From: an uncultured delta proteobacterium
GTDB taxonomy: Bacteria; Desulfobacterota; Binatia; UBA9968
Direction of reading: 5' to 3'
DNA: 64,000 nt
NCBI GenBank assembly: GCA_963816145.1
Contig: CAWFJP010000004.1
Coordinates: 128,001-192,000, forward strand
Shown: positions 1 through 12,706 of the stretch, piece after piece
How the letters are laid out: each line of letters begins with the position of its first letter
How positions within the stretch are numbered: the first letter of the stretch is position 1
Notes under the pieces: generated by a model
What the model was told of the DNA's origin: nothing
Database searches by the model: none
Seen by the model: the letters and a program-made list of their open reading frames with translations, nothing else
Position numbers and translations under genes: made by a program

Positions 1-129
1 TGGGGCCTGATCCGCGCTTCCAACACCCAACCGGCGTTGGTGCTTCGATTCGAAGCGCAGTCCGCCGCTAAGCTCAAAGAATACCGCGCGCTGATCGAGA
101 ACAAACTCAAAGAGTTCGAGCTGCAGTAA
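1..129 (+). CDS. Phosphomannomutase/phosphoglucomutase, 3' fragment (runs off the window start)
   Basis: Frame 1 reads [19 protein letters not shown], the domain-IV phosphate-binding motif of PMM/PGM (AlgC type); stop TAA at 127-129. Confidence 0.9.
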   Translation, partial: WGLIRASNTQPALVLRFEAQSAAKLKEYRALIENKLKEFELQ

Positions 130-137
130 CACTCGCG

Positions 138-2666
138 ATGGCGGGCCAAATCGTCATCCAGGGCGCGCGCGTCCACAATCTCAAGAACATCAACCTGGAG
201 ATTCCGCGCGACCGGCTGGTCGTCATCACCGGTGTTTCCGGTTCCGGCAAGTCGTCTCTCGCCTTCGACACGCTCTACGCCGAAGGCCAGCGACGCTATC
301 TCGAATCTCTCGGCGTCGACATGCGCCAGCTGCTCAGGCAATTGGCCAAGCCCGATGTCGACCGCATCGACGGGTTGTCGCCGGCCATCGCGATTCAGCA
401 GAAAGCCGCCGCGTATAATCCGCGCTCCACCGTCGGCACACTCACGGATATTTACGATTTTCTGCGCCTCTTGTTCGCCCGCGTCGGGCAGCCGCACTGC
501 GTCAAATGCGGCTGCGAGATTCAGGCACAATCGATTGAGCAAATCAGCGATCGAGTGATGGCGCTGCCGGCAGGATCGCGACTGCTCATCTTGGCGCCGG
601 TGAAATTCTTCGAAGGCAGCGCAGGCAAGAGTTTAGGCGAGTTGGCACGCCAGGGATTTACGCGGGCCATGGTCGACGGAAGAACTTACGAACTGAGCGG
701 GGAGATTCCTGACGCGTTGCATAACACGAATCAACTCGATCTCGTCATCGATCGGCTGGTGCTGCGCGACGGGATTGAAAAACGCTTGGCCGACTCTTTG
801 GAAGTTGCCGCGCGCGCCGGACAACAAACGATAAAGATCGAGATTCTTGGCGATGGTGCCGCAGCGGCGCCGGAGCGGTTAGTATTCAGTCAAAGATTTG
901 CCTGTGTTGACTGTGGTACAGCGCTTGGTGAAATCACCCCAAGTCTGTTCTCCTTCAACAGTCCGGATGGGGCATGTGTCGGCTGCAACGGCACCGGCAT
1001 GGAGATCAAACGCGGCAAGCGCGTCGCCGATCAGACAGATGCCACGCCATGTTCAGATTGTCGCGGCACCCGGTTGCGCAAGGAAAGTCTAGCCGTGCGT
1101 ATCGCCGGCCAAAATATCGCGTCGTTGTCGTCGGCTGCCATCTCAGAGAATTTGTTATTCTTCGATCAAGTCAAGTTGGCGCCGGAGCGGCGAATTGTCG
1201 GGCAAAGAATTATCGCTGAGATCGCCAGCCGGCTGGGTTGCCTGAGCGAGCTGGGACTGGATTATCTGTGTTTGCATCGGCCGACGATGACATTGTCCGG
1301 CGGTGAGCTGCAGCGGGTGCGGCTGGCGACCCAGATCGGTTCGAGTCTGGCGGGGGTGCTTTATATTCTCGACGAGCCAAGCATTGGGCTTCATCAGAAA
1401 GATAATGATCGGTTGATCGGCTTGCTGCGCCGGTTACGCGACAACGGGAACTCGGTGATCGTTGTCGAGCATGATCGCGAGACCATTGGCGCCGCTGATT
1501 TCGTCGTCGACATGGGGCCGGGAGCTGGCGTCAACGGCGGCGAAGTGGTCGCGCATGGCACGCCTGCCGAATTACAAAAAACTCGCCGCTCGCTTACCGG
1601 AATGTATCTGGCGGGCGAGCTGGAAATCGCTCGACCGCTACGGCGGCGCGTCGGCACCGAGAGGGTTTTGCAAATTACCGGCGCACGGCGGCATAATTTA
1701 AGAAATCTCACCGTCAGGTTTCCCATCGGCGCGATGAGCTGTGTTACCGGAGTATCGGGCGCGGGCAAGAGTACTTTGGCAATGGAGGTGCTCTATAACG
1801 CTGTCAGCCAACGGTTGCAAAGAGGGCGCGGCAAGGTCGTTGATTCCCAGCAAGTCTCCGGTTGGGAAAATTTCGACAGGGTCATCGCCATCGATCAATT
1901 GCCCATCGGCCGCACGGCGCGCTCCAATCCGGCGACATTTATGGGATTGCACGATCATTTGCGCGAGTTGTTCGCGCAAGTTCCCGAAGCGCGGGTGCGC
2001 GGCTTCAAGGCCGCAAGGTTTTCCTTCAACGCCAAGGGCGGCCGCTGCGAAGCTTGTCAGGGTGACGGCGTCACCCGTGTGGAGATGCATTTCCTGCCCG
2101 AAATGTATGTCACCTGCGAATCGTGCAAAGGCCGGCGCTACAATCGCGAGACCCTGGAGATTAAGTATAGAGGGCTAAGCATCGCCGATGTCTTGGATCT
2201 GACGGTCATGCAGGCGGCGGAACTGCTGAGTACCGTGCCGCCGATTCACGAGCGGCTGCGCACGCTGCGCGAGGTCGGCCTGGGCTATTTAGCCCTTGGG
2301 CAATCCGCTGCGACGCTCTCCGGCGGCGAAGCCCAACGACTCAAGTTAGCGCGCGAATTGGCACGCCGGTCGACGGGGCGATCGCTCTATCTCCTCGACG
2401 AGCCGACCACCGGTTTGCATTTCGACGACATCAAGCAACTTCTCGAGCTGCTCAACCGTCTAATCGATTTGGGCAATACCATGATTATCGTCGAGCATAA
2501 CCTCGAAGTGATTAAGTGCGCCGATTTCGTTGTTGACCTCGGTCCGGGGGGAGGAACGGCGGGCGGAGAAATTGTCGCTATGGGCAGCCCAGAGGACATT
2601 GCGGTGGCGCCAGCTTCGGCGACGGGCCGCTATCTGCGCGGAGTGCTAGCTCCTACAGACAAATAA
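138..2666 (+). CDS. uvrA: Excinuclease ABC subunit A, shortened (insertion domain largely absent)
   Basis: [10 protein letters not shown] start, two Walker A motifs ([18 protein letters not shown]), two LSGGE signatures, CxxC zinc modules; 842 aa. Confidence 0.93.
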   Translation: MAGQIVIQGARVHNLKNINLEIPRDRLVVITGVSGSGKSSLAFDTLYAEGQRRYLESLGVDMRQLLRQLAKPDVDRIDGLSPAIAIQQKAAAYNPRSTVGTLTDIYDFLRLLFARVGQPHCVKCGCEIQAQSIEQISDRVMALPAGSRLLILAPVKFFEGSAGKSLGELARQGFTRAMVDGRTYELSGEIPDALHNTNQLDLVIDRLVLRDGIEKRLADSLEVAARAGQQTIKIEILGDGAAAAPERLVFSQRFACVDCGTALGEITPSLFSFNSPDGACVGCNGTGMEIKRGKRVADQTDATPCSDCRGTRLRKESLAVRIAGQNIASLSSAAISENLLFFDQVKLAPERRIVGQRIIAEIASRLGCLSELGLDYLCLHRPTMTLSGGELQRVRLATQIGSSLAGVLYILDEPSIGLHQKDNDRLIGLLRRLRDNGNSVIVVEHDRETIGAADFVVDMGPGAGVNGGEVVAHGTPAELQKTRRSLTGMYLAGELEIARPLRRRVGTERVLQITGARRHNLRNLTVRFPIGAMSCVTGVSGAGKSTLAMEVLYNAVSQRLQRGRGKVVDSQQVSGWENFDRVIAIDQLPIGRTARSNPATFMGLHDHLRELFAQVPEARVRGFKAARFSFNAKGGRCEACQGDGVTRVEMHFLPEMYVTCESCKGRRYNRETLEIKYRGLSIADVLDLTVMQAAELLSTVPPIHERLRTLREVGLGYLALGQSAATLSGGEAQRLKLARELARRSTGRSLYLLDEPTTGLHFDDIKQLLELLNRLIDLGNTMIIVEHNLEVIKCADFVVDLGPGGGTAGGEIVAMGSPEDIAVAPASATGRYLRGVLAPTDK

Positions 2667-2706
2667 ATTCCAATAATTCGGTAACTTACTAAAGCGGCCC
2701 TGGCTA

Positions 2707-2735
2707 TTGACTCAAATCGAAGTCTTGGTTACTTT
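2707..2735 (+). promoter_or_regulatory. Putative sigma70 promoter of the Fe-S operon
   Basis: TTGACT (2707-2712), 17-nt spacer, TACTTT (2730-2735), upstream of iscS. Confidence 0.5.
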
Positions 2736-2740
2736 GATAT

Positions 2741-2757
2741 CAGACTAATTAGGTCTG
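2741..2757. promoter_or_regulatory. Putative IscR/Rrf2 operator
   Basis: Inverted repeat CAGAC-TAATTAG-GTCTG just downstream of the -10 box, resembling the GACT-N5-AGTC core of IscR-type sites; the operon encodes an Rrf2 regulator. Confidence 0.55.
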
Positions 2758-2779
2758 TAATCCCAAGAGAATCGAATCG

Positions 2780-3994
2780 ATGGCTCTGCAAACGCCCATT
2801 TATCTGGATAATCACGCTACCACACCGGTGGACCCGCGGGTATTGGAAGCGATGCTGCCATATTTTACAGAGCGTTTTGGCAATGCGGCGAGCAAAAGCC
2901 ATGCTTTTGGCTGGGAAGCAGATGCCGCGGTGGATATTGCGCGGGAGCAGGTAGCCAAACTTATCGGCGCCGCCTCACCGCGCGAGATCGTATTTACCAG
3001 CGGCGCCACCGAGTCGGACAACCTGGCGATCAAAGGCGTCGCCGAGGCTTACCGCGACAAAGGCAACCACATCATTACCTGCGTTACCGAGCACAAGGCG
3101 GTGTTGGATAGCTGCAAGGTGTTGGCGAAGCATGGGTTCGAGGTCACCTATTTGCCGGTTACACCCGATGGACTCGTCGACATGCAGCGTTTGCACGGCG
3201 CCATCACCGACAAGACGATCTTGATCTCGATCATGGCGGCGAACAACGAAATCGGCACGATCCAGCCGATCAAAGAGATCGGTCGCTTGGCCAAAGCGAA
3301 AAATATTTTATTTCATAGCGACGCGACCCAAGGCGTCGGCAAGTTTCCGATCAACGTCGAGGACATGAGCATCGATCTATTGTCGCTGACGGCGCACAAG
3401 ATGTACGGTCCCAAGGGGATTGGTGCGCTTTACGTGCGTTCGACCAAGCCTCGGGTCAAGTTGATATCGCTCATCGACGGCGGCGGCCACGAGCATGGCA
3501 TGCGTTCGGGAACCTTGAATGTTCCGGGAATTGTCGGACTCGGCAAGGCCTGTGAACTGTCGCAAAAAGAGATGAGCGCCGAGGCCGAGCGATTGATCGC
3601 CCTGCGCGAGCGCTTGAAGGACGGTATCCTCAAACAGCTCGACGATGTGCAGATCAACGGCCACGCCGTGCAACGCTTGCCCGGTAACTTGAATGTGAGT
3701 TTCGCTTATATCGAGGGTGAATCGCTTTTAATGGGGCTCAAAGATATTGCCGTGTCCACTGGCTCCGCCTGCACCTCGGCGAGTCTGGAACCTTCGTACG
3801 TCTTGAAAGCGATCGGACTTGCCGATGAGCTGGCTTACAGCGCGATCCGTTTCGGCTTGGGCCGATTTACCAGTCAAGACGAGATCGACTACACGGTTAA
3901 GCGGGTAGTCGAAGAGGTGCGGCGGCTGCGCGAGATGTCGCCGGTTTACAAAGTTAAGAAGGTGAAGCAGCAGTTGGCGAGCGCGAAGCAATAG
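2780..3994 (+). CDS. iscS: Cysteine desulfurase IscS (group I)
   Basis: [18 protein letters not shown] lysine in [10 protein letters not shown], catalytic Cys in [17 protein letters not shown]. Confidence 0.95.
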   Translation: MALQTPIYLDNHATTPVDPRVLEAMLPYFTERFGNAASKSHAFGWEADAAVDIAREQVAKLIGAASPREIVFTSGATESDNLAIKGVAEAYRDKGNHIITCVTEHKAVLDSCKVLAKHGFEVTYLPVTPDGLVDMQRLHGAITDKTILISIMAANNEIGTIQPIKEIGRLAKAKNILFHSDATQGVGKFPINVEDMSIDLLSLTAHKMYGPKGIGALYVRSTKPRVKLISLIDGGGHEHGMRSGTLNVPGIVGLGKACELSQKEMSAEAERLIALRERLKDGILKQLDDVQINGHAVQRLPGNLNVSFAYIEGESLLMGLKDIAVSTGSACTSASLEPSYVLKAIGLADELAYSAIRFGLGRFTSQDEIDYTVKRVVEEVRRLREMSPVYKVKKVKQQLASAKQ

Positions 3995-4037
3995 GGGATT
4001 GATCTCTAGCCATTGGCGTTTTGACAGGAGAAATATC

Positions 4038-4367
4038 ATGGCGATGGGCGTGAGTGTAACCGAACGGGCAGCGGCAAGAATCAAGGAGTTAGCGGCCACC
4101 GAGAACCGGCAGGGCCAGGGCCTCAGGGTAAAGGTCGTGGGTGGCGGCTGTTCGGGGCTGCAATACAAAGTCGACCTCGATGTGCCGAAGGGAACCGATA
4201 AAATTTTCGAGAAAGACGGCGCCAAGGTTTTGGTCGACATGAAAAGCCTGCTGTATTTGACCGGCACCGAGCTCGACTACAAGGACGAACTGATGCAGTC
4301 CGGTTTCGTCTTCCAGAATCCCAACGTCAAGAAGGCCTGCGGCTGTGGCGCGTCGTTTACCGTGTGA
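4038..4367 (+). CDS. iscA: A-type Fe-S carrier protein (IscA/HesB family)
   Basis: GGGCSGLQY and NPNVKKACGCGASF motifs; ATG at 4038 preceded by AGGAG. Confidence 0.93.
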   Translation: MAMGVSVTERAAARIKELAATENRQGQGLRVKVVGGGCSGLQYKVDLDVPKGTDKIFEKDGAKVLVDMKSLLYLTGTELDYKDELMQSGFVFQNPNVKKACGCGASFTV

Positions 4368-4388
4368 AAGAATTGAGGACCAACGTTT

Positions 4389-5843
<1,455 letters not shown>

Positions 5844-5872
5844 TCGGTTCGTCTGATGCTTGTGTGAATCCC

Positions 5873-7078
5873 ATGGACGTTTACTTCGATAACAATGCTA
5901 CCACGCGGGTGCTGCCGGAAGTCGCCGAGGCGATGCTGCCGTTCTACAGCCAATATTATGGCAATCCGTCGAGCATCCACCGTTTCGGCAGCGACGTCGG
6001 CCAGAAGATCGAGCAAGCTCGTATCCAAGTGGCGGCGCTGCTCGGCGCCGTCGATCCGGTGGAAGTGATTTTTACCAGCTGCGGCACCGAGGGCGATAAC
6101 GCGGCGATTCGCGGCATGCTCGAAGCGCGGCCGGACAAACGTCATATTGTCACGACCAAAGTGGAACATTCCGCGGTGCTTGGACTGTGCCAGCATCTCG
6201 AGAAAAAGGGTTATCGGGTGACCTGGTTGAGCGTCGATCAAGACGGCGGCCTCGACATGGACGAGTTATCGGCGGCGCTATCCGATGATACCGCGTTAGT
6301 GTCGATCATGTGGGCAAACAACGAGACCGGGGTGATTTTCCCGATCGAAAAGATTGGCGCGATCACCCGTGCTAAAAGCATTCCACTGCATGTCGACGCG
6401 GTACAAGCCGCTGGTCGGATTCCCATTAACGTCAGTGCCCTCCCAGTGGAGTTACTGACCATCTCCGGCCATAAGTTCCATGCGCCTAAGGGCGTGGGTG
6501 CATTGTACGTACGCCGGGGCATTACTTTCCCGCCGTTTCTGATCGGCGGCCACCAAGAGCGCAATCGCCGCGCCGGCACGGAAAATGTCGCCGGCATCAT
6601 CGGCATGGGCCTTGCCGCCGAGATCGCGTTGGGTCGCATTCCGCAGGACAGTCTACATGTAACGAAACTGCGCGATCGCTTAGAAACACTGTTGCTTGGT
6701 TCTTGTCCGGAAAGTCGAGTCAATGGTCAAAACCAAGAGCGATTGCCGAATACGTCGAATATCAGCTTCCGTTATTTAGAAGGCGAGTCGATGCTCGTTC
6801 TATTGGACCAGCAGGGTATCTGCGCCTCGACCGGGTCGGCCTGCACGGCGGGCTCTGCCGAGCCTTCTCATGTTTTGCGGGCGATGAACGTGCAGGCCGA
6901 CTGGTTGCAGGGCGCGGTGCGCTTTAGCGTGAGCCGATTCAATACTGAGACAGAAGTTAATTACGTGAACGAAAAGGTGCCGGTAATCGTCCAACGCTTA
7001 CAAGGGCTTTCGGCTCTCGGGCGATTGGGCAGTCAACACCGGCCGCAGGACGAGCGTAGCGCTACCGGGGCGCGTTAG
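5873..7078 (+). CDS. nifS: Second group I cysteine desulfurase (NifS-like)
   Basis: YFDNNATT, FTSCGTEGDN, SGHKFHAPKG, STGSACTAGSAEPSHVL; alternative GTG start at 5864. Confidence 0.88.
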   Translation: MDVYFDNNATTRVLPEVAEAMLPFYSQYYGNPSSIHRFGSDVGQKIEQARIQVAALLGAVDPVEVIFTSCGTEGDNAAIRGMLEARPDKRHIVTTKVEHSAVLGLCQHLEKKGYRVTWLSVDQDGGLDMDELSAALSDDTALVSIMWANNETGVIFPIEKIGAITRAKSIPLHVDAVQAAGRIPINVSALPVELLTISGHKFHAPKGVGALYVRRGITFPPFLIGGHQERNRRAGTENVAGIIGMGLAAEIALGRIPQDSLHVTKLRDRLETLLLGSCPESRVNGQNQERLPNTSNISFRYLEGESMLVLLDQQGICASTGSACTAGSAEPSHVLRAMNVQADWLQGAVRFSVSRFNTETEVNYVNEKVPVIVQRLQGLSALGRLGSQHRPQDERSATGAR

Positions 7079-7096
7079 CGGCGAAGGAGCTACACT

Positions 7097-7552
7097 ATGG
7101 GCCTCATGCAAATTCCGCGGCGGGTCGATTACGGGTTGCGCGCGGTGATTTATTTGTCGGGCCAAGACCCGGAGAAATGTTGCTCCATCGCCGAGATCGC
7201 CAAACAACAAGGTATGCCGCGCAAATTTTTGGAGAAGATCATTCAAGACTTGATTCGCGGCGGTCTCATCAAATCGAAACGCGGCTCTTGCGGCGGCTAT
7301 GCCCTGGCGCGGCCGGCGGAAGCGATTTCTTTCACCGATGTCATTGAAGCGATCGAAGGGCCGATCGCGGTCAATGCATGTATGGACGAGCACTTGGGTT
7401 GCGCGCAAATGCCCCGCTGCACGATGATCGGCGTTTGGAGCGAAGTGCAAAAGAAGATTAACGAAGTGCTCAGCGGGACGACGATTGCGGGCTTGAGACG
7501 TTCGCCCTGCCGGGAATCTATTGGCTCCTCTTCTCTTTCGAGTGCGGCGTAA
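7097..7552 (+). CDS. Rrf2-family transcriptional regulator with three Fe-S cysteines (IscR-like)
   Basis: DYGLRAVIYL, KSKRGSCGGYALAR wing motif, C-x6-C-x5-C (NACMDEHLGCAQMPRC). Confidence 0.88.
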   Translation: MGLMQIPRRVDYGLRAVIYLSGQDPEKCCSIAEIAKQQGMPRKFLEKIIQDLIRGGLIKSKRGSCGGYALARPAEAISFTDVIEAIEGPIAVNACMDEHLGCAQMPRCTMIGVWSEVQKKINEVLSGTTIAGLRRSPCRESIGSSSLSSAA

Positions 7553-7616
7553 TCGCGATGCGAGATTTCGCAATGCTACCTGGGTCTAGGCCGCACCTGA
7601 ACGGGAGGGGGTTTTT

Positions 7617-8075
7617 ATGGCTTACGAGACTGGACTGAGTATGGAAGAACGGGTGACTTCGCTATTTCAGCCGGATACGCTGCTGCCAGATCAATATCTC
7701 GATACGTTCCGGCGCAAGCTACACTTGGAACCGGAGAAAAAGCTGATGCTGGCGATACTGGAAGATGCCGTCGCTTGTTTCCAAAAATATCTGTTCGCTC
7801 GGGACAGCAAGGGCAAGACGCAATTTCGCGATACCGAGGATTGGGTTTTTCAAGGCACCGACTTGGGTATTTTTTCCTTCGATATTGTCTGCGAGACCCT
7901 AGGACTTGAGCCGAACTATGTACGCAGGGGCCTGGCGCATTGGAAAAAACAGCGGCTCGCGCAACAGACGCACGCCCAAGTCATTTCACTGCGGCCAGCG
8001 CGCGATAAGCCGCGCCGTGGCCCGGCACTTTCCGGCCGCTCCAAGCCAAGATTAAGCCGGGTGGTGGGCCGCTAA
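7617..8075 (+). CDS. Conserved hypothetical protein (PEKKLMLAILEDA / FSFxxVCETLGL type)
   Basis: 152-aa ORF with GGGAGGGG RBS; C-terminal helix-turn-helix-like segment. Confidence 0.75.
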   Translation: MAYETGLSMEERVTSLFQPDTLLPDQYLDTFRRKLHLEPEKKLMLAILEDAVACFQKYLFARDSKGKTQFRDTEDWVFQGTDLGIFSFDIVCETLGLEPNYVRRGLAHWKKQRLAQQTHAQVISLRPARDKPRRGPALSGRSKPRLSRVVGR

Positions 8076-8185
8076 GCGATTATTCAATTTCCCTGCGCAC
8101 TGACGGCAGTGGGATTATCCCAGTTCCATCGGTTTTGCATCAGCGCGAACTTGCAAAGCTGACCAAACGAATTCATAAATCATAT

Positions 8186-9217
8186 ATGACTAGGTTGAAG
8201 CGGCGGCGCGCGCCGGTGGGACAATTCTTTTACGACTTGCGCTATCGTATCGGTGAGTATTCGTTACGCGGTTTTATCGCCTGCTTGCCCTATGTGCCGT
8301 TCACGGTCGTCGAGCGATTTACCTACTCGGTGGCTTGGCTGACTTTCAAACTAATGGCGCAATACCGTCGACGCATGGAAGAAAACATCGCCTTGACCCT
8401 GGGCAAGGAAATCTCTAGTGAAGCGGAGCGCAAAGAGTTGGCTTGGCGCGCTTGGAAAAACTTCGCTCGCGGTGTGCTCGATACCACGGCGGTCATGCAT
8501 CATTCGAAAGAACGCATTATCGGCAGCGTTCGCCTTGTTGGCGAAGAGCACTTGCAAGAGGCGTTGGCCAAAGGCAAAGGTGTTCTTGCTTTGAGCGCCC
8601 ATCTCGGTAGCTTCACTTTGATCGGTGCGCGTTTGGCAGCGGCCGGCTATCCTTTCAGTGTGGTGGTGAAGCATCCGGCCGATGAACGGTTTGCTCGGCT
8701 CACCGATGACTACCGGGCGCAAATCGGCATCCACACGATCCCCGCCAAGCCTCGGCGCGAGGCGGTGCGCGGACTGCTCAAAGCACTGCGGGCAAATCGC
8801 ATCGTGCTGGTGATCGCCGACGAGTTCAAGTCCGGCGACGTCATGGTGGAGTTTTTCGGTATGAAACTGCCGGCACCGCGCGGTCCGGCGACTTTGGCGC
8901 TGCGCACCGGAGCGGTGACACTGCCGATGTTCGCCACACGTGAGCGCGATGATTCTGTACTGTTGACGGTGGGTGCGCCCATCGCCGTGGTGCAGCTTGA
9001 TGATCTCGAAGCCAGTGTGGAGGCGACCACGGCGGTCTACACGAGCCACCTCGAAGCGGCGATTCGTCGCTCTCCCGATCAATGGAATTGGCTGGGCTTG
9101 CCCAATCGCAATGGCAAAATGTCGCGCGCCGAAATGTCTCGTATCATAAGGGAGGCGCGAAAAGCTGCTGCCACACAGAGCGCTGATACACCAAGGAAAA
9201 CCGCCACGGGCGCTTAA
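8186..9217 (+). CDS. Lipid A late acyltransferase / lysophospholipid acyltransferase family protein
   Basis: GKGVLALSAHLGSF, VEFFG, GPATLALRTGA, IRRSPDQWNW as in the LpxL/HtrB family. Confidence 0.85.
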   Translation: MTRLKRRRAPVGQFFYDLRYRIGEYSLRGFIACLPYVPFTVVERFTYSVAWLTFKLMAQYRRRMEENIALTLGKEISSEAERKELAWRAWKNFARGVLDTTAVMHHSKERIIGSVRLVGEEHLQEALAKGKGVLALSAHLGSFTLIGARLAAAGYPFSVVVKHPADERFARLTDDYRAQIGIHTIPAKPRREAVRGLLKALRANRIVLVIADEFKSGDVMVEFFGMKLPAPRGPATLALRTGAVTLPMFATRERDDSVLLTVGAPIAVVQLDDLEASVEATTAVYTSHLEAAIRRSPDQWNWLGLPNRNGKMSRAEMSRIIREARKAAATQSADTPRKTATGA

Positions 9218-9225
9218 CCAAACGC

Positions 9226-9825
9226 TTATAGCTTCGAGTCGAATCCCGGATTGAGAATTCCCCTGTTCTCGGTGGCTTCCAAGTAGCGCATGAAGCGGTA
9301 TTTGTTCTCGATCTCGTCGAGCTGGAGTGGAGGCAGATTTTTAGGCTGCCCCGGGTCGACTTTTACGGCGATCAAGGTCAGTTCGTTGCGCTCCCAAGCG
9401 CGGTGAAACTGCCGGCGAAATTCTTCCAGGGAGTCGACCCAAAGGGCGTGCTTGTAGCCCGTCCCCTTGGCGATGATCACCGCATCGGTGCTGCGCGACG
9501 CGGTGGCGGTGCCGCCGGATGCCTCATAGATTTCATTGTCAAACAGCAAATGGATTAAATTTCCCGGGCTCTGCTGGGCGATGGTTGGCAAACCGCAGAG
9601 GTTCATCAGAAACGCCCCATCGCCATCAATGGCGATCACTTTGCGGTGCGGCAGGGCGATGGCTAAACCGGCAGCGATCGATGATACCAGACCCAGGGTG
9701 CGCGTCTTGAGATTGCCGTCGCTCGGGCGCACCGCCCACCATTCGCGCGAGCCCCAACCGGTGGACACGGCTAGCGCGTCCTGGGCATCGGTACTGATCG
9801 CTTTTAAATAGTCATAGCGTTGCAT
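9226..9825 (-). CDS. TPP-dependent sulfopyruvate/phosphonopyruvate decarboxylase beta subunit (ComE-like)
   Basis: TPP-binding motif DGDGAFLMNL...LFDNEIYEASGG; coupled to the alpha subunit. Confidence 0.82.
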   Translation of the reverse strand: MQRYDYLKAISTDAQDALAVSTGWGSREWWAVRPSDGNLKTRTLGLVSSIAAGLAIALPHRKVIAIDGDGAFLMNLCGLPTIAQQSPGNLIHLLFDNEIYEASGGTATASRSTDAVIIAKGTGYKHALWVDSLEEFRRQFHRAWERNELTLIAVKVDPGQPKNLPPLQLDEIENKYRFMRYLEATENRGILNPGFDSKL

Positions 9826-10337
9826 TATTTGACTCCGAGTACGCGTTTGGTGAGGAGCACCGCCACCGGTTTTTTCGAATCGTCGGCGAGCACCTGCGCA
9901 CCCGCCAGGGTTTCATCGATCTCGTCCGGCTTGCGCAGGACATAGCTGCGAAATCCCATCGCCTGCAAAACCGGTTCGGTTACCGATCCAAGGGTGGTAA
10001 AACCGCGGTCGCCGATATCGCCAGCGTAATAGATCAGCATCAAGATCGGGATTTGCAGTTGCAAGGAAGTCGTCGTCAGAGCATTGCAGCTATTCAGGAA
10101 GCCGGCGTTCTGCATGATGATCGCGGTCTTCTTGCCGGCTAGATAAGCGCCGGCGCAAATCCCGATGCCTTCTTCCTCGCGGCATAGCGGCACGTGCTTT
10201 AACTGCTCGTCGCGTTCGACAGCACGAATCACTTCGAGCATTTTTTCGTCCGGCAGAGTGGCGACAAAGTCGATGCCGGCATTTTTCAAGCCGTTGACAA
10301 TGGCTTGGCCTGCGGTCACTGGATCGTTGGTTGTCAT
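9825..10337 (-). CDS. Sulfopyruvate decarboxylase alpha subunit (ComD-like)
   Basis: GIDFVATLPD, LCREEEGIGICAGAYLAGKK, IMQNAGFLN motifs. Confidence 0.85.
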   Translation of the reverse strand: MTTNDPVTAGQAIVNGLKNAGIDFVATLPDEKMLEVIRAVERDEQLKHVPLCREEEGIGICAGAYLAGKKTAIIMQNAGFLNSCNALTTTSLQLQIPILMLIYYAGDIGDRGFTTLGSVTEPVLQAMGFRSYVLRKPDEIDETLAGAQVLADDSKKPVAVLLTKRVLGVK

Positions 10338-10485
10338 TGTTTTCCTATCGCGGTGATACTGGCAATAACTTAGCTTATCGATTTGACTATCGCTACTGTG
10401 AATTCCATGATGATGTCAAGCGAGTTGCCGGGTACCCGACCCTTGACAGCAGAAGGACAAAGTCTGTAGTGATGGGTTATCAACG

Positions 10486-10872
10486 ATGACGGAAAAAGAA
10501 GTCAAAGTCAGCAAACAGCATGTCTGGGTCGGCGTCGAAGACCGGCATGTCCATCTCGGACTCACCAACTACATTCAGGGGGCGTTGGGTTCGGTGCTAT
10601 CGGTGGAATTGCCGGATATCGGCGATACCATCGAAGAGGGCGAGATCTTCGCCGAGATCGAGTCCGCTGCGACCGTGCATGAGCTCGTTTCCCCGGTAAC
10701 CGGCCGAGTGATGGCGGTCAATCCGATGTTGGAAGATCACCCCACGATTATCAACGAAGATCCTTATAGCGAAGGCTGGCTCATCGAAGTGCGATTGAAA
10801 AATGAGAACGAGCTCGATTCGCTCATGGATATGGATGAGTATTATCACTTCGTGTTCAAAGATAAATCCTAG
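10486..10872 (+). CDS. Glycine cleavage H-like protein lacking the lipoyl-acceptor lysine
   Basis: KQHVWV, LVSPVTGRVMAVN, INEDPYSEGWL match the GcvH fold; IESAATV replaces the IESVKAV motif. Confidence 0.85.
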   Translation: MTEKEVKVSKQHVWVGVEDRHVHLGLTNYIQGALGSVLSVELPDIGDTIEEGEIFAEIESAATVHELVSPVTGRVMAVNPMLEDHPTIINEDPYSEGWLIEVRLKNENELDSLMDMDEYYHFVFKDKS

Positions 10873-11005
10873 GCCGGTTCTAAATTAGTTTCGCGCGCTT
10901 TCCCGAGGCCATTCTCGGCAGCGCCGCCGTTGTGGTATGACCGAAGCGTTATGGCCCGGTAATTTCCTGGGAAGTCGCAATTGTGCCGGCCATCCATTTG
11001 AGTTC

Positions 11006-11347
11006 TCACTCGGATGGCGCTTCGGCGCTTTCGGCCGGAGACGATGGGCGGCGCGATTCAGATTTGGAAAACCGATAGACGATTTCCCCAGGGCGGACCA
11101 TGTTGAGTTCTTCTCGCGCCAACTTTTCCAGATAATAATTATCGTGTCTTACCCGGGCGATTCGCTGGCGCAGCGCTTCGTTATCGCGCTGCATGCGGTA
11201 GTTTTGTTCGTCGATCCGGTTTTTCTCGCCGCGCAGACGCCAGAGGTGTAGCGCGCCGCGATCGCCGACGATGGTGGCAAGCGAGAGCAGCAGAATTAGC
11301 GAACCGAGTAGATAGAAGGGCCAGCGCGGCGACAAGTGAAACTTCAT
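11006..11347 (-). CDS. ftsB: Septum formation initiator (FtsB/DivIC family)
   Basis: N-terminal TM helix, GDRG, coiled coil, LEKLAREELNMVRPGEIVY. Confidence 0.88.
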   Translation of the reverse strand: MKFHLSPRWPFYLLGSLILLLSLATIVGDRGALHLWRLRGEKNRIDEQNYRMQRDNEALRQRIARVRHDNYYLEKLAREELNMVRPGEIVYRFSKSESRRPSSPAESAEAPSE

Positions 11348-11394
11348 CGGAGTTAATAGCAATATAGCATATTTTGTGATTTTGTCTTGTGTAA

Positions 11395-12702
<1,308 letters not shown>

Positions 12703-12706
12703 CAGG

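Noticed and set aside
10360-10375. Sigma54-like TGGCAATAACTTAGCT upstream of the GcvH-like gene
   Set aside because: Spacing is right but the match is weak, and a TTGACA lies closer to the gene; not enough support
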